Source: Deferribacterales bacterium (GTDB taxonomy: Bacteria; Chrysiogenota; Deferribacteres; Deferribacterales; Geovibrionaceae). From it: DNA of 64,000 nucleotides. Both the position numbers and the translations under genes were made by a program. The stretch covers positions 64,001 through 128,000 of the forward strand of contig JBFWLW010000006.1 in assembly GCA_050251945.1 (NCBI GenBank), read 5' to 3'. The notes below the pieces were generated by a model, which worked only from the letters and a program-made list of their open reading frames with translations, was not told the DNA's origin and searched no databases. Position 1 is the first letter of the stretch, and each line of letters starts with the position of its first letter. Positions 19,254 to 29,706 of the stretch are shown in pieces.

Positions 19254-19745
19254 CTAGTTTTTCATGTTTATAAACTGAAGCGGAACATCTATGTCGGATG
19301 TTTTCATAAGCTGGATAACGGACTGAAGATCGTCGATCTTTTTACCTTCAATACGGACACGCTCATCCATGATGGATGCGTTCACTTTCAGCTTTGAATC
19401 CTTTATCATCTTCACTATCTTCTTGGCGTTGTCCTTGCCGAGCCCTTCCTCAATTTTGACTTCAAACTTTCTATGTCCTTTAGATGTATTTTCCGCCTCG
19501 CCAAACGACAGGACGCGTGAATCTATTCCTCTTTTTGAGCAGTGTTTTATCATCATTTCTCTGATAGCCTGCGCTTTCATGTCGTCGTGGGTCACGATTT
19601 TTATGACCTTGTCTTTTTTATTCAGCTCTATTTCCGTGTCGGAACCTTTAAAGTCAAACCTGCTGTCCACCTCTTTCTTAACAAGATTAACAGCGTTGTC
19701 CATTTCCTGCATATCTATCTCATTCACAATGTCAAATGAAGGCAT
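19254..19745 (-). CDS. yajQ: YajQ-family nucleotide (c-di-GMP)-binding protein
   Basis: MPSFDIV, RFDFKGS and GKKIDDLQ motifs; GGAGGG RBS supports the start at 19745. Confidence 0.93.
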   Translation of the reverse strand: MPSFDIVNEIDMQEMDNAVNLVKKEVDSRFDFKGSDTEIELNKKDKVIKIVTHDDMKAQAIREMMIKHCSKRGIDSRVLSFGEAENTSKGHRKFEVKIEEGLGKDNAKKIVKMIKDSKLKVNASIMDERVRIEGKKIDDLQSVIQLMKTSDIDVPLQFINMKN

Positions 19746-19815
19746 TACACCCCTCCGATATTTACTACTATACAAATAATCATTGATTTTACAGCAAATC
19801 AAGTGATAATTGCGC

Positions 19816-21480
19816 ATGAATTTTTTTTGCAGTAAAGACTGCCCCGATACATGCGCCGTCAGGGCTGAATTTAAGAACGGGAAATATCACTTCACAGGCA
19901 TAGCCGAAAGCTGGCAGAAAACGGGCTTTGTCTGTTCAAAATTCAAAGTGTTCGCTGAACGCGAGATAAACTCCGGTATACGTTCATATGAAATGAAGAA
20001 CGGCGAAAAGCGCGAATTTGAAAGCGACAGCGCAGCCGTTTCCGCATTTGGCGATATTCTTGAAAAGTATAAAAACAAAAGAATACTCTACCTGAAAGGT
20101 TCCGGCTCGCTGGCTTACAACATGGGCTACTGGGACAGATTTATGAGCAGTTTTGCACACTGCACAAAGATAACCGGAGGCGTCTGCGGAACCACCGGTG
20201 ACGACGCTCACTCTGCTGACTTCGGAACGGAACTTAATCCGCCCGTCGAAAATATAGCTGACTGTAAAACCGCCATCCTCTTCGGAAAAAATGCCGCCGT
20301 TATAAGTCAGCACCTCTACGCATATCTGAAAGAACTTAAAAAAGACGGGCTGAAGATAGTCTATATAGACCCGATACGGACAAAGACTGCCGATATAGCA
20401 GACAGATACATCAGCATCCGTCCCATGTGCGACGGACTTATTGCCGCGGCTCTGCTCACTGAACTTGGCTTTGAAGACGGACATAACGTCAGCGAGCTTA
20501 TCTCACGCGCAGGAATATCGCAGGACGATCTGCAATACCTGAAAGACGCCATACAATCCGGCAAAACAGCCTTTATAGAAGGTTTCGGCATGCAGAGAAA
20601 CCCGAACGGAATGAACATGATAAGGCTCATCAACCGTCTTGCGGTTAAAAGCGGAAATATCGGCACGCTCTACTACGGACAGGGTTCAAAGCGTTTCTGG
20701 AAGGGGCTTGGCGCCGTCTTTCCTCATTACGTCCACATAGATACAGTGGCAAAAAGACTTGCTGACGGCGAATTTGATCTGTTCGTCAACGTTGCCGCAA
20801 ACCCCGCGATGACCTATCCTGATGCAAAGAACTGGGTCAGGGGCATAAAGAACACACCGACTGTTGTCGTTGACGTTTACCCCACCCGCACTTCGGAAAA
20901 CTGTCAACTGTTCATCAAAACAGGCGGCATCTTCGCGCAGCAGGATTTCATGGGCAGTTATTTCTTCCCTCATAAACACAGGAGAGAAAAGCTCACAGAT
21001 GAACTGGCTGACATAGATATAATTACCCGCCTAAGCAACTGGTTCGGAATAGACCTTAACTTTGCGGAACCGGACACTGCAGTACCGGCACCCAGAGTGT
21101 ACAAAGATGAACGGATAGAGCCTGCAATCCCCGAAGAACAGGGAAAATTCAGCCTTCTGAGCCTTTCGCATCCCGCATATCTGAACAGTCAGCACCTTCC
21201 GAACATAGTCGAAAAGCTGAAAATTGCATTTATTAACCCGAAGGATGCGGCGGAACTTGGCATACAGAATGGCGATAAAATTAAGGTATCCACCGATGCA
21301 GGTCATTACATCGCATATGCAGAAATAAGTGACACTGTTTCCCGAAAAGTAATAATGAGCTATAAAAACGTTCCAATGGTCGCAGGATTCATAAACGACG
21401 CCACGCCGCCAATGCTGACAGATTCCGGCAACGGAATGGTCTATTACGGCATTCCCGCAGACGTTGCTAAAGTCCTTTAA
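19816..21480 (+). CDS. Molybdopterin-dependent oxidoreductase (short, cytoplasmic)
   Basis: N-terminal CSKDCPDTC...C Fe-S motif, IDPIRTKTA, ANPAMTYPD, C-terminal INPKDAAELGIQNGD dinucleotide-binding domain. Confidence 0.85.
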   Translation: MNFFCSKDCPDTCAVRAEFKNGKYHFTGIAESWQKTGFVCSKFKVFAEREINSGIRSYEMKNGEKREFESDSAAVSAFGDILEKYKNKRILYLKGSGSLAYNMGYWDRFMSSFAHCTKITGGVCGTTGDDAHSADFGTELNPPVENIADCKTAILFGKNAAVISQHLYAYLKELKKDGLKIVYIDPIRTKTADIADRYISIRPMCDGLIAAALLTELGFEDGHNVSELISRAGISQDDLQYLKDAIQSGKTAFIEGFGMQRNPNGMNMIRLINRLAVKSGNIGTLYYGQGSKRFWKGLGAVFPHYVHIDTVAKRLADGEFDLFVNVAANPAMTYPDAKNWVRGIKNTPTVVVDVYPTRTSENCQLFIKTGGIFAQQDFMGSYFFPHKHRREKLTDELADIDIITRLSNWFGIDLNFAEPDTAVPAPRVYKDERIEPAIPEEQGKFSLLSLSHPAYLNSQHLPNIVEKLKIAFINPKDAAELGIQNGDKIKVSTDAGHYIAYAEISDTVSRKVIMSYKNVPMVAGFINDATPPMLTDSGNGMVYYGIPADVAKVL

Positions 21481-22012
21481 CAACTTCCCTGAGCGCCCGA
21501 ATCTCCTTATAGAATGAGATACCCGCTACACCTTTGTAGCCTTTGCCTTTAAGCTGACAGACGTTTGCTGTGCAAATCCCGCCGAGAGCATATACGTCCC
21601 TGCCCAAACAGGAAACATCCAAAGCGCCCAGCGGCTTTACTTCATAATCCTTGACCGTATGGAAAATGGGACTGAGCATATAATATGCCGCCTTATTATC
21701 TTTTATCTCATCAATGCAGTGTGCGGAATATCCCACAGACAGAGACTCGTCTACGTTCCCGCACATGTTGTCAGCACCCAGCTGGACACCGTAATACCCA
21801 AGCAAAGCGGCAATCTCCTTTCTCTCTGAAAGTATCAGACGGGCGTCGGGGAGTGCTTCGCGCAGTTTTTTTGCCTCGTCATATATCAGTTCGGCGGGCT
21901 TATTTTTTATACGCAGCCAGAGTGCATCCGCAAAGGGTGAACAACCAACGGCGATACTAAGCCAATCGGCACCCATAGTGTCGTAATCTATTATCTGAAT
22001 TATTTCCATCAA
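21467..22012 (-). CDS. Thiamine-phosphate synthase / TenI family protein
   Basis: GYSAH, YYMLSPIFHT, VYALGGI and GVAGIS motifs. Confidence 0.8.
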   Translation of the reverse strand: MMEIIQIIDYDTMGADWLSIAVGCSPFADALWLRIKNKPAELIYDEAKKLREALPDARLILSERKEIAALLGYYGVQLGADNMCGNVDESLSVGYSAHCIDEIKDNKAAYYMLSPIFHTVKDYEVKPLGALDVSCLGRDVYALGGICTANVCQLKGKGYKGVAGISFYKEIRALREVVKGL

Positions 22013-24855
22013 TCCTTCCCGAAAACCCTTTTAAACGCTGCACGCACCGAACGGCGCAGGTTGTGGTATTCCTCAAGGAGCGCCGTGCCGCCGGACTTGT
22101 ACCCGAAAAATTCCGCCATTCTGTCCAGAAGTTTCTCGTCCTTCGGCAGTCTGGACGTGTCCGTATTGTCGTAAATGCGCACAAGATTCTCAAGGTGTCT
22201 GAAAAACAGATAGCCCTTGTGAAAGCAGTAAAAATCGCGGCTGGTCACGAGTTCCAGATCTTTGAAAAAATGAATGGCATCATGGGTGTTCGGTGTATGG
22301 AGCTGTTCGTATTTGCACCCGTACATGAGCTGGAACATCTGCGCGGAGAACTCTATATCCAGAAGTCCGCCGTAGCCCGCCTTTATGTCGTTCTTCTCAT
22401 ACGGCAGCCCCTTTTCGTTCTCAATGCGCATCCGCATGTCGTATATTTCTTTGACGCCTGCGTCAGCTATCAGACACACATAGAGTGACTGTGCTTTTAT
22501 CCGCTCGAACTCTGCGGCGAGGGGCGAGTTGTAATTTATGACGCTGGAACGCATCAGCGCCTGTTTTTCCCAGAGCATTGCTCCCTTTTTCTGATAATCC
22601 TCAAAGCCCGCAAGGGTCGTTACCAGAGTTCCGCTGGATCCGCTGGGGCGAAGACGCATATCGGTTTTGTAAAGATATCCGTTGTGGCTGTAGGCGCTGA
22701 GAAATGTTATGCTTCTCTGCACCATCTTTGAGTAAAACTCCTGATTTGTTATGGAGTTTTCGCCGTCTGTGGCGCCGTATCCGTCGTAAAGGAAAACAAG
22801 GTCTATATCGGAGCCGAAGCTCATTTCGATACTCCCTACTTTGCCCATCCCCACAAGGAGATACCCGCACGGTTTCCCGTCCTCAGTCATCGGATATCCA
22901 TATTTTTCCGCAAGCTGTTCATAGATATAGCTGAACGCAAAGTCAACCGTACCTCTGGCAAGCTCAGTCAAAGCGCGCATAGTGTCTATGATGTTGCTCT
23001 GCTTGTTCAGATATGCATACCCCGCGTTGAACATGAAAATCTTGTGCCTTATCCGTGCCGCCTCCGGCATCAGGTCGGGCATGTCGCGGTATTTTTCCGT
23101 ATGCTGGATGAAATCCTCTTTTATCTTATCTGCGGTGAAATCTATAGGCTTGGGGTCATAGATATAGTCCAGCAGGTCGCGGTTTTTCATTATCTGGTCG
23201 GTCAGATAGCGGCTGTATGAAAAGATATTGATAAGCTTCTGAATTATGAACGGCGCTGTTGAAAAGAGATCGTGCAGAAGATATATAGTCGTATTGCTCG
23301 CAAGCATCTTTTCAAAATTATGCAGGACGTCCACACTGCCGGATTTTCCTTCAAGCCCGTTCAATATCATAACAAAAAGGGCTTTCAATATCTGCCTGTC
23401 GCTCTTCACACGGGGGCGGTCCTTCTGCCCTTCCATTACCCGCCTTACTATCTTCACGCACTCAAGCGGTTCGTTTATCTTAAGCTGCTTAAGTATACCC
23501 GCCGCCTCTTCGTCGGATATGTCCCCGTCGAAAACAAGAAACACGCCTTCGTCCGCTCCGGCATCGGTGAACAGTTTTGAAAATTCATCGTTCACCTGTT
23601 TTGTCACGGCAGCATATCTCTTTTCAAAATCAGCGGCGGAAGAAAACCCGCACCTTTCCAGATACAGCGGATAGGTATCCGACTGTTCCGGAACGATATG
23701 CGTCTGACGTTCGTTCTCAATCTGCGCCATGTGTTCTAGTTTCCGTAGAAAGCAGTAGCTTTCGCGAAGCATTTTTGAAGTTTCCGGGGTCATAAGTCTG
23801 TTTTTTGTAAGAATATCCAGACTTTTCAGCGTATTCGGGTTAAAAATAGCCTTATTTGATGGATAATTGATTATCTGCAAGGTCTGAACGACAAACTCTA
23901 TTTCGCGTATGCCGCCATATCCGAGCTTAACGTGTTTAACGTTGCTTCCTTTAAGTTCAACCCGCTTATTTATCTTCTTTTTTATGTCCTGAAGGTCGTT
24001 CATAAGGTTGAAATCCAGACTTCTGCGAAAGACGAAAGGTTTTACAGCTTTTTTGAAAGCTTCCCCAACCTCAAGACTTCCCGCAACGGGAAGCGCTTTC
24101 AGAAGCATCATCCTTTCCCAGCTCTGTCCGTATGTTTCGTAATAGGTGTCGTATGCGCGGACAGGCATGGCAAGAGCGCCCCTGTCCCCGTCCGGACGCA
24201 GGCGAAGATCCACTCTGAACACTATCCCGTCCTTCGTCCGCTCGCCTATATATCTTGTGACATACTCGGCAACTCTGCTGAAATATGCATGATTATCAAT
24301 TGATTCGGCTCCGTCCGTGCTGCCGATGTCGCAGCCGTAAACGTATATTACGTCTATGTCAGAGCTGAAATTAAGCTCCCATCCGCCGAGCTTTCCCAGC
24401 CCTATTATACAAAAACCCACCTCGTTGTTTTCCTCGTCTCTCGGTGTTCCGTGCTGTTTTTTAAGCTGAGTGTCGGCAAACTGATAAGCCGCCTCACAAC
24501 ACGCCGAAGCGAACGCCGACACATGTGCTGTGACATCAGCGCATGAAGCGCCGAAACACATATCCTCTGCGGCGATGCAGACGTATTCCCTCATCTTTAC
24601 AGTGCGCAGGTGCTCCATGAACTCTGTTTCCGTCATAGAGGATACGTCGGCTTTCATTATATCATCAAGGATGGTTTGCCTTTCGCGCACGGTACCGAAC
24701 AGCTCCACAGCATTTTTCATTCTGCATGGATTGTTCATCAGCCAAGTGCCGATATACTCCGAGTGCCTTGATATGTACGCCAGAACCTTCGCATTTTCAG
24801 GCGATATGCCCTGTTCAGCTGCGCCCGCCTCTGTCTGTTTCTCTTTCTCTATCAT
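22009..24855 (-). CDS. glnE: Bifunctional glutamine synthetase adenylyltransferase/adenylyl-removing enzyme
   Basis: Two nucleotidyltransferase domains: GKLGGWELNFSSDID/DLRLRPDG and GKVGSIEMSFGSDID/DMRLRPSG. Confidence 0.95.
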   Translation of the reverse strand: MIEKEKQTEAGAAEQGISPENAKVLAYISRHSEYIGTWLMNNPCRMKNAVELFGTVRERQTILDDIMKADVSSMTETEFMEHLRTVKMREYVCIAAEDMCFGASCADVTAHVSAFASACCEAAYQFADTQLKKQHGTPRDEENNEVGFCIIGLGKLGGWELNFSSDIDVIYVYGCDIGSTDGAESIDNHAYFSRVAEYVTRYIGERTKDGIVFRVDLRLRPDGDRGALAMPVRAYDTYYETYGQSWERMMLLKALPVAGSLEVGEAFKKAVKPFVFRRSLDFNLMNDLQDIKKKINKRVELKGSNVKHVKLGYGGIREIEFVVQTLQIINYPSNKAIFNPNTLKSLDILTKNRLMTPETSKMLRESYCFLRKLEHMAQIENERQTHIVPEQSDTYPLYLERCGFSSAADFEKRYAAVTKQVNDEFSKLFTDAGADEGVFLVFDGDISDEEAAGILKQLKINEPLECVKIVRRVMEGQKDRPRVKSDRQILKALFVMILNGLEGKSGSVDVLHNFEKMLASNTTIYLLHDLFSTAPFIIQKLINIFSYSRYLTDQIMKNRDLLDYIYDPKPIDFTADKIKEDFIQHTEKYRDMPDLMPEAARIRHKIFMFNAGYAYLNKQSNIIDTMRALTELARGTVDFAFSYIYEQLAEKYGYPMTEDGKPCGYLLVGMGKVGSIEMSFGSDIDLVFLYDGYGATDGENSITNQEFYSKMVQRSITFLSAYSHNGYLYKTDMRLRPSGSSGTLVTTLAGFEDYQKKGAMLWEKQALMRSSVINYNSPLAAEFERIKAQSLYVCLIADAGVKEIYDMRMRIENEKGLPYEKNDIKAGYGGLLDIEFSAQMFQLMYGCKYEQLHTPNTHDAIHFFKDLELVTSRDFYCFHKGYLFFRHLENLVRIYDNTDTSRLPKDEKLLDRMAEFFGYKSGGTALLEEYHNLRRSVRAAFKRVFGKD

Positions 24856-26798
24856 TTCGTCTCCGGTAAAAGTATTTTAAACTCGCACCCTTCGCCCGGC
24901 GCGCTGTGAACCTCTATGAAACCGCCGCTGTCCATCACCACCTGTTTAACGGTGGCAAGTCCAAGCCCGGCTCCTTTGCGTTCTTTTGTGGTAAAAAACG
25001 GTTTGAACATGTTTCTCTGGTCGTTTTTGTCTATACCGCGCCCGGTGTCTTTCACCCTGAGTTCAAAGAACATTCCGTAATGCATTTCATTCTTTGAAGT
25101 AGTAACGGTTATAATGCCCCTCTTGTCCATGGCGTCCGCCGCGTTCTGGCAAAGATTGACAATCATCTGTATGTATCTGCTCTCTGCTATCTTTATCATC
25201 ATTCCTTCAGACGTGTCGGAATAAAGGATTGAAACGTCCGGCGGCAAAAGGTTCGACGCGATGTCGATAGCCATGGAAGTGAGCTCTCTTCCATATCTGG
25301 GTTCCGGTTTCTCCTCTGTGTTCCGTGCGCTTTGCAGAACTTTCTGGATATACATTCTTGCGCCGTCCACAATACCGTTTATACTCTCCAGATGCAGTTC
25401 CCTCTTTTCATCGTCATCTGCGCGCTCCGCCAGCCCGAACTGCAGAGATATGTTCTGCAATATATTGCTGAAATCGTGCGCCATTCCCGATGCAAGCGTT
25501 CCAACCGCCTCGCGTCTCTGTGCAAGATAAAAGCTGTTCTGCATGTTTTTATAATCCGTGATATCCGTGAAGACCGAAAGTACCGCCTGCGTACCTTCGC
25601 TGTCCATGAGTATTGCACTCACCGACACGTTCATTATTTCGCCGCTGCTTTTGACAATACCAAACTCTCCGAAGTTTTCCACTTCCCCTTCGTGCATGTT
25701 ATCCAGTCTGACGCGGAACTTTTCTTTTTCGCGCACATAGTCAAAAATGTTTCCATTTGAGTTTTCGGAACATTCAAGCTCACGGAACTTGCTGTTCTGT
25801 TCAATAATATTGCCGTTTTTGTGATGCACGACAATATATTCGGGAATCGCCTGAAAAAGACTTTCGTTCTTTTTGCTCAACATGTTCAGGTGGCGGGTTC
25901 TGTCTGCTATCTCATCGGAAAGTTTTTTATTAACTCTGAGCATCTCGATTATTATAAGCAGGATAAGCGCGCCAAGGGGCAAAAACACAATTACAATCGC
26001 ATAATCGCCCGCCCATGGGAAAAAGCTGAAGACAAACTGCCTCTTATACTTCTCCGTGGTGTATATAAGGCAGAATTTTGTGCCGTGAACTGAAAAATCG
26101 TAAAAGCCCGCCTGTCTGCTGTCATATTCTGCCGTGTTGCCGTGTTTGATGCCCGCTTTCAGCCTGATCAGCTCCTGAATCTCGCGGTTGTTGGGATACG
26201 CTCTGACATCGTCGATGATAAGCTCGCTCCTGCCGCCGCTGTTCACACCGTTCCAGTAGCCTTTTATCCCCTTGTCATCCATAACGGTGAAGATGTCGTA
26301 TACGGAGCCGCTGAAAACGCCATCGCGCATAACCGGATAGATGAATATCATGTTGCGGCTGCTCTCTAAGTTAAGAAGACCGATATAGACCTCTCCGCGT
26401 TTAACGGTTGAGGCTATTTCGTCATTTTTTGGCGCAGGGATTGAGCAGTCGTCCGCCCCAAGTGTGATACTTTTAATTATCTCAAATCCGCTGTCGGTTA
26501 TGCCCGTGCTGAAACATTCCCCAATGCTGTAATGCTTATCTATAAATTCAGAATATTTCTGGAGGCGCTCCTCCATTTCCTGCGGGTTTGCCGCCGCGGC
26601 AACGTCCCCAAGGTTGTCCTCCCGCTCGTGGAGGATATGCTCAATGAAACGTCCGATGAGTTTAGAATTGCCCGACGCTTCCGCGGAATACTTGCCGGTA
26701 AGGCTTTCGTCGGACTCCCGACCTGAAACAAGTATCACCACGCTGCCTATGGCAACAATAAACATCAGTATTATAAGTCTGTTAAAAAATCTAAACAT
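24852..26798 (-). CDS. PAS-containing sensor histidine kinase (NtrB-like core)
   Basis: GMAHDFSNIL, NLCQNAADAM, DTGRGI, PFFTTK and GAGLGL motifs; two TM segments. Confidence 0.9.
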   Translation of the reverse strand: MFRFFNRLIILMFIVAIGSVVILVSGRESDESLTGKYSAEASGNSKLIGRFIEHILHEREDNLGDVAAAANPQEMEERLQKYSEFIDKHYSIGECFSTGITDSGFEIIKSITLGADDCSIPAPKNDEIASTVKRGEVYIGLLNLESSRNMIFIYPVMRDGVFSGSVYDIFTVMDDKGIKGYWNGVNSGGRSELIIDDVRAYPNNREIQELIRLKAGIKHGNTAEYDSRQAGFYDFSVHGTKFCLIYTTEKYKRQFVFSFFPWAGDYAIVIVFLPLGALILLIIIEMLRVNKKLSDEIADRTRHLNMLSKKNESLFQAIPEYIVVHHKNGNIIEQNSKFRELECSENSNGNIFDYVREKEKFRVRLDNMHEGEVENFGEFGIVKSSGEIMNVSVSAILMDSEGTQAVLSVFTDITDYKNMQNSFYLAQRREAVGTLASGMAHDFSNILQNISLQFGLAERADDDEKRELHLESINGIVDGARMYIQKVLQSARNTEEKPEPRYGRELTSMAIDIASNLLPPDVSILYSDTSEGMMIKIAESRYIQMIVNLCQNAADAMDKRGIITVTTSKNEMHYGMFFELRVKDTGRGIDKNDQRNMFKPFFTTKERKGAGLGLATVKQVVMDSGGFIEVHSAPGEGCEFKILLPETK

Positions 26799-26892
26799 AT
26801 ATTCTTCTTATGATTATTCAACAGTGCTTGACCTAAGCCACTGTTATGCCATAATTTTAAAAAGCAAATGTCAATTGTGCAAGAGGTATATC

Positions 26893-28728
26893 ATGTCAGA
26901 CACTTTTAAAAAGCTTAACGCGCCTCAATCCGTTGTAAAAAATGCGGACAAGCTGCTTAAACCTGCTTCATACGATATCCGTGCCTATGTGGGCGAACCG
27001 GGGAATTTCTTCACTGAAAAGGCGGTTCTGACCCCCGAAGCGATTGAAACAATAGGCAGGATACTCGGCTGTCAGGAATTCGTTCTGCGTTCGGGAGTCC
27101 GTATGAGTCTTAAAGCTGGCGACACAATTGTGATTGGCTACGACAACGGTCCGACATCGGAGCCGCTGGCGGCGGCAATGGCGAAAGGACTTGTAAGTCA
27201 GGGGATAAACGTTTACGACATAGGCACATCATCCTCCGGTCAGGTATATCAGAACCAGAACCAGCTCGGAGCGAAGGCGCACGTACAGATAACCCGCTCA
27301 CATGTCGAGGTGACAACCAACGGTGCAAAGTTCGGTATTTCCACACAGGGCATTCACACCTATCTTCTGGAACAGATGAACGTCTTCCTCAAGGAACAGT
27401 ATCCGGTCAGAAATCTGCCCGAATCTGAATACGGCAAAATATACGATAAAAAAACGGAAGGCAGAAAAGCGTATTTCGATAAGATGAAAGCCGTATACGG
27501 CGAATATTTTGCGAAAAGGGATAACTCCATGGTCGCCGTGAACCTTTTCGGCGGCACCGGACTTCAATATAAAGACCTGTTCCTTGATATTCTCGGTAAA
27601 GATACGCTCATTCTCGGTGACAACATAGACGTTAACAGCGGCAACGTTCTTGCAGACCCCACCCGAAAAGAGATGCTGGCAAAAGTTCCGCACCTTCAGG
27701 AAGCGCTGGAAAGTGGCAAACGCGTCCACTCCTTTGACCTTGACGCCGACAGAGGCTCACTTACGGAAGGTTCCGAAGCACTCACGGTTTCAGGAACGGG
27801 ACATTACCTCGGCGACGCACTCGCTTTTATTCTTGCCGACCACAAGCTGAAACTGACTCTGCCGGCTCTCAAAGCCTTTCTTACGAAAAAAGGCATTAAC
27901 CCTACCAACCTTAAAGCCATAGATAAGATAGCGAAAACTTTCTACATAGACGCAAGATATACCGGAGCGGTGAAACAATATGTCGAAGCCCTCGGCGGGA
28001 CAACCGTATTTCACCCGAAAGGTCACTCCCTCTGGAAAGAGACAATAACGGAAAACATGAAGCTACTGTCATCTCTGGCAGGATACGACTCCATCGACCT
28101 GTTCGTTCAGGAAACAGGTTACAGAGACCTCCAGATAGAGGCAAGTCTGCACTTCTTCTCCACGGACACTAAGGACGGAATTCCCAGAGACGATGCTGTG
28201 GAGAATATCTTCATCCTTGAACAGGTCATAGACGCTCTCGGTATTAATAAACTGGCTGACTACTTTAAAACGATACCCGCCAGATTCGCTACAAAAGAAA
28301 TACGCACCGTTTCCGCCTCAAACGAACAGAAAGAACAGATAACCGCGGAAGCAGTTGCGGCATTGCGTGAGCTGTTTACGGGTAAGACAGGATTTGACGT
28401 TACGGAGTTTGAAGGTCAGATAAGAGTTGATTTTTCCGAAGGATTCATAATGTACGGAATGTCTAACACGTCGCCCAAACTGACTTTCATGGCGGAGGGA
28501 AGCACAGTCGAAATGCGCAATAAAGCGCTTGCTTTCGTTTTGGCGCTGCACAACAGCCTTAAAAAGAAATACGGCGACAGCGAACCCATGGATCTCTCAG
28601 AAAACGATTTCTTCGTTAAAGACAGCTCGTACGGCATGACGGAACCCGATAATGTTACCATGAACGATAAGCCGGCTGACGATTTTATCGTATGGTGCGG
28701 TATAGAAAAAAGTACAATGGATTACTGA
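26893..28728 (+). CDS. Alpha-D-phosphohexomutase (PMM/PGM) superfamily protein, divergent
   Basis: YDIR, IGYD, phospho-Ser loop ITRSH, metal loop FDLDADR, SNTSPK. AGAGG RBS supports the start at 26893. Confidence 0.78.
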   Translation: MSDTFKKLNAPQSVVKNADKLLKPASYDIRAYVGEPGNFFTEKAVLTPEAIETIGRILGCQEFVLRSGVRMSLKAGDTIVIGYDNGPTSEPLAAAMAKGLVSQGINVYDIGTSSSGQVYQNQNQLGAKAHVQITRSHVEVTTNGAKFGISTQGIHTYLLEQMNVFLKEQYPVRNLPESEYGKIYDKKTEGRKAYFDKMKAVYGEYFAKRDNSMVAVNLFGGTGLQYKDLFLDILGKDTLILGDNIDVNSGNVLADPTRKEMLAKVPHLQEALESGKRVHSFDLDADRGSLTEGSEALTVSGTGHYLGDALAFILADHKLKLTLPALKAFLTKKGINPTNLKAIDKIAKTFYIDARYTGAVKQYVEALGGTTVFHPKGHSLWKETITENMKLLSSLAGYDSIDLFVQETGYRDLQIEASLHFFSTDTKDGIPRDDAVENIFILEQVIDALGINKLADYFKTIPARFATKEIRTVSASNEQKEQITAEAVAALRELFTGKTGFDVTEFEGQIRVDFSEGFIMYGMSNTSPKLTFMAEGSTVEMRNKALAFVLALHNSLKKKYGDSEPMDLSENDFFVKDSSYGMTEPDNVTMNDKPADDFIVWCGIEKSTMDY

Positions 28729-28742
28729 TACGATAGGTCGTA

Positions 28743-28773
28743 ATTGCCGGAAGATTCAAACACTTCCGGCAAT
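28743..28773. terminator. Hairpin between convergent PMM and lpxC
   Basis: ATTGCCGGAAG ... CTTCCGGCAAT inverted repeat. Confidence 0.6.
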
Positions 28774-29678
28774 CAGACCATCCCCTGTGGTTTCAATTCT
28801 AACTGCGTGAGACCCGAATGTTTCTCATCGGGTACTTCTATGATTGAATACGAGTCTTTCGACTCTAAGAGAAGTCTTGCAAAAAGGTTATTCATCTGGT
28901 GACCGGACTTATAGGCGCGGATGTGTCCGAATATCCGGTATCCTGTCAATGAGATGTCGCCTATCAGGTCAAGCACTTTGTGTCTGACGAACTCGTCGCT
29001 GAAACGAAGTCCCTCAGGGTTCATTATGTAATCGCCGTCAATGACCACGGCATTCTCAAGGCTTCCGCCCTTTGCCAATCCCATCTGCCAGAGCGATTCG
29101 ACCTCCTGTTTGAATCCGAAGGTGCGCGCACCGGCTATCTCGTCTGCAAACGACTGTTCATCCACCTGAAAGAACGCTCTCTGCTGACCTATGGAACCGC
29201 TTTCAAAATCTATGTCGAATGTGACCTTAAAGAAACGCGAGGGGATTATCTCAACCCACTTGCCGTCCTTTTCCAGTCTGACCTTTTTATTGAATTTCAG
29301 ATATTTTCTGGGTTTACCCAGTTTTTTTAAGCCGACAGCGGCTATCATGGGGATAAAGGGCTTTGCCGAACCGTCAAGGATCGGAACTTCCGGTCCGGAA
29401 ACCTCTACCATGGCGTTATCCACACCCATTCCGTAAAGAGCGGACATGATATGTTCTATGGTGCTGACAGCATGTTCGCCGCATTTTATGGTTGTGGCGA
29501 GCATAGTTGACGTTACGGCATACGGCGTTACGCGGGTGTATTCAGACGCAACATCGCTCCGTCTGAAACAGATTCCTGAATCGGCAAAGGCGGGATGGAC
29601 GGTCATTGATATCTTCTGACCTGTGTGCAGCCCGATGCCCTCGATTGTAAAACTCTTTTTAATTGTTGTCTGTTTCAT
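28773..29678 (-). CDS. lpxC: UDP-3-O-acyl-N-acetylglucosamine deacetylase
   Basis: GIGLHTG, TIEHIMSAL, EVPILDGSA, ARTFGF and RHKVLDLIGD motifs. Confidence 0.97.
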   Translation of the reverse strand: MKQTTIKKSFTIEGIGLHTGQKISMTVHPAFADSGICFRRSDVASEYTRVTPYAVTSTMLATTIKCGEHAVSTIEHIMSALYGMGVDNAMVEVSGPEVPILDGSAKPFIPMIAAVGLKKLGKPRKYLKFNKKVRLEKDGKWVEIIPSRFFKVTFDIDFESGSIGQQRAFFQVDEQSFADEIAGARTFGFKQEVESLWQMGLAKGGSLENAVVIDGDYIMNPEGLRFSDEFVRHKVLDLIGDISLTGYRIFGHIRAYKSGHQMNNLFARLLLESKDSYSIIEVPDEKHSGLTQLELKPQGMV

Positions 29679-29689
29679 GCCCAGAAAAG

Positions 29690-29706
29690 AGCAATATGTG
29701 TGCCAA
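29690..29706 (-). promoter_or_regulatory. Sigma-54 (-24/-12) promoter of lpxC
   Basis: Minus strand TTGGCACACATATTGCT matches TGGCAC-N5-TTGC. Upstream palindromes at 29723-29738 and 29744-29760. Confidence 0.8.

Noticed and set aside
19816..21480. Selenocysteine read-through in the molybdoenzyme
   Set aside because: The ORF has no in-frame TGA and ends in TAA after a complete C-terminal domain.
26614..26892. Tracked N-terminal extension of the phosphohexomutase
   Set aside because: It overlaps the divergent kinase gene; ATG 26893 has an RBS.
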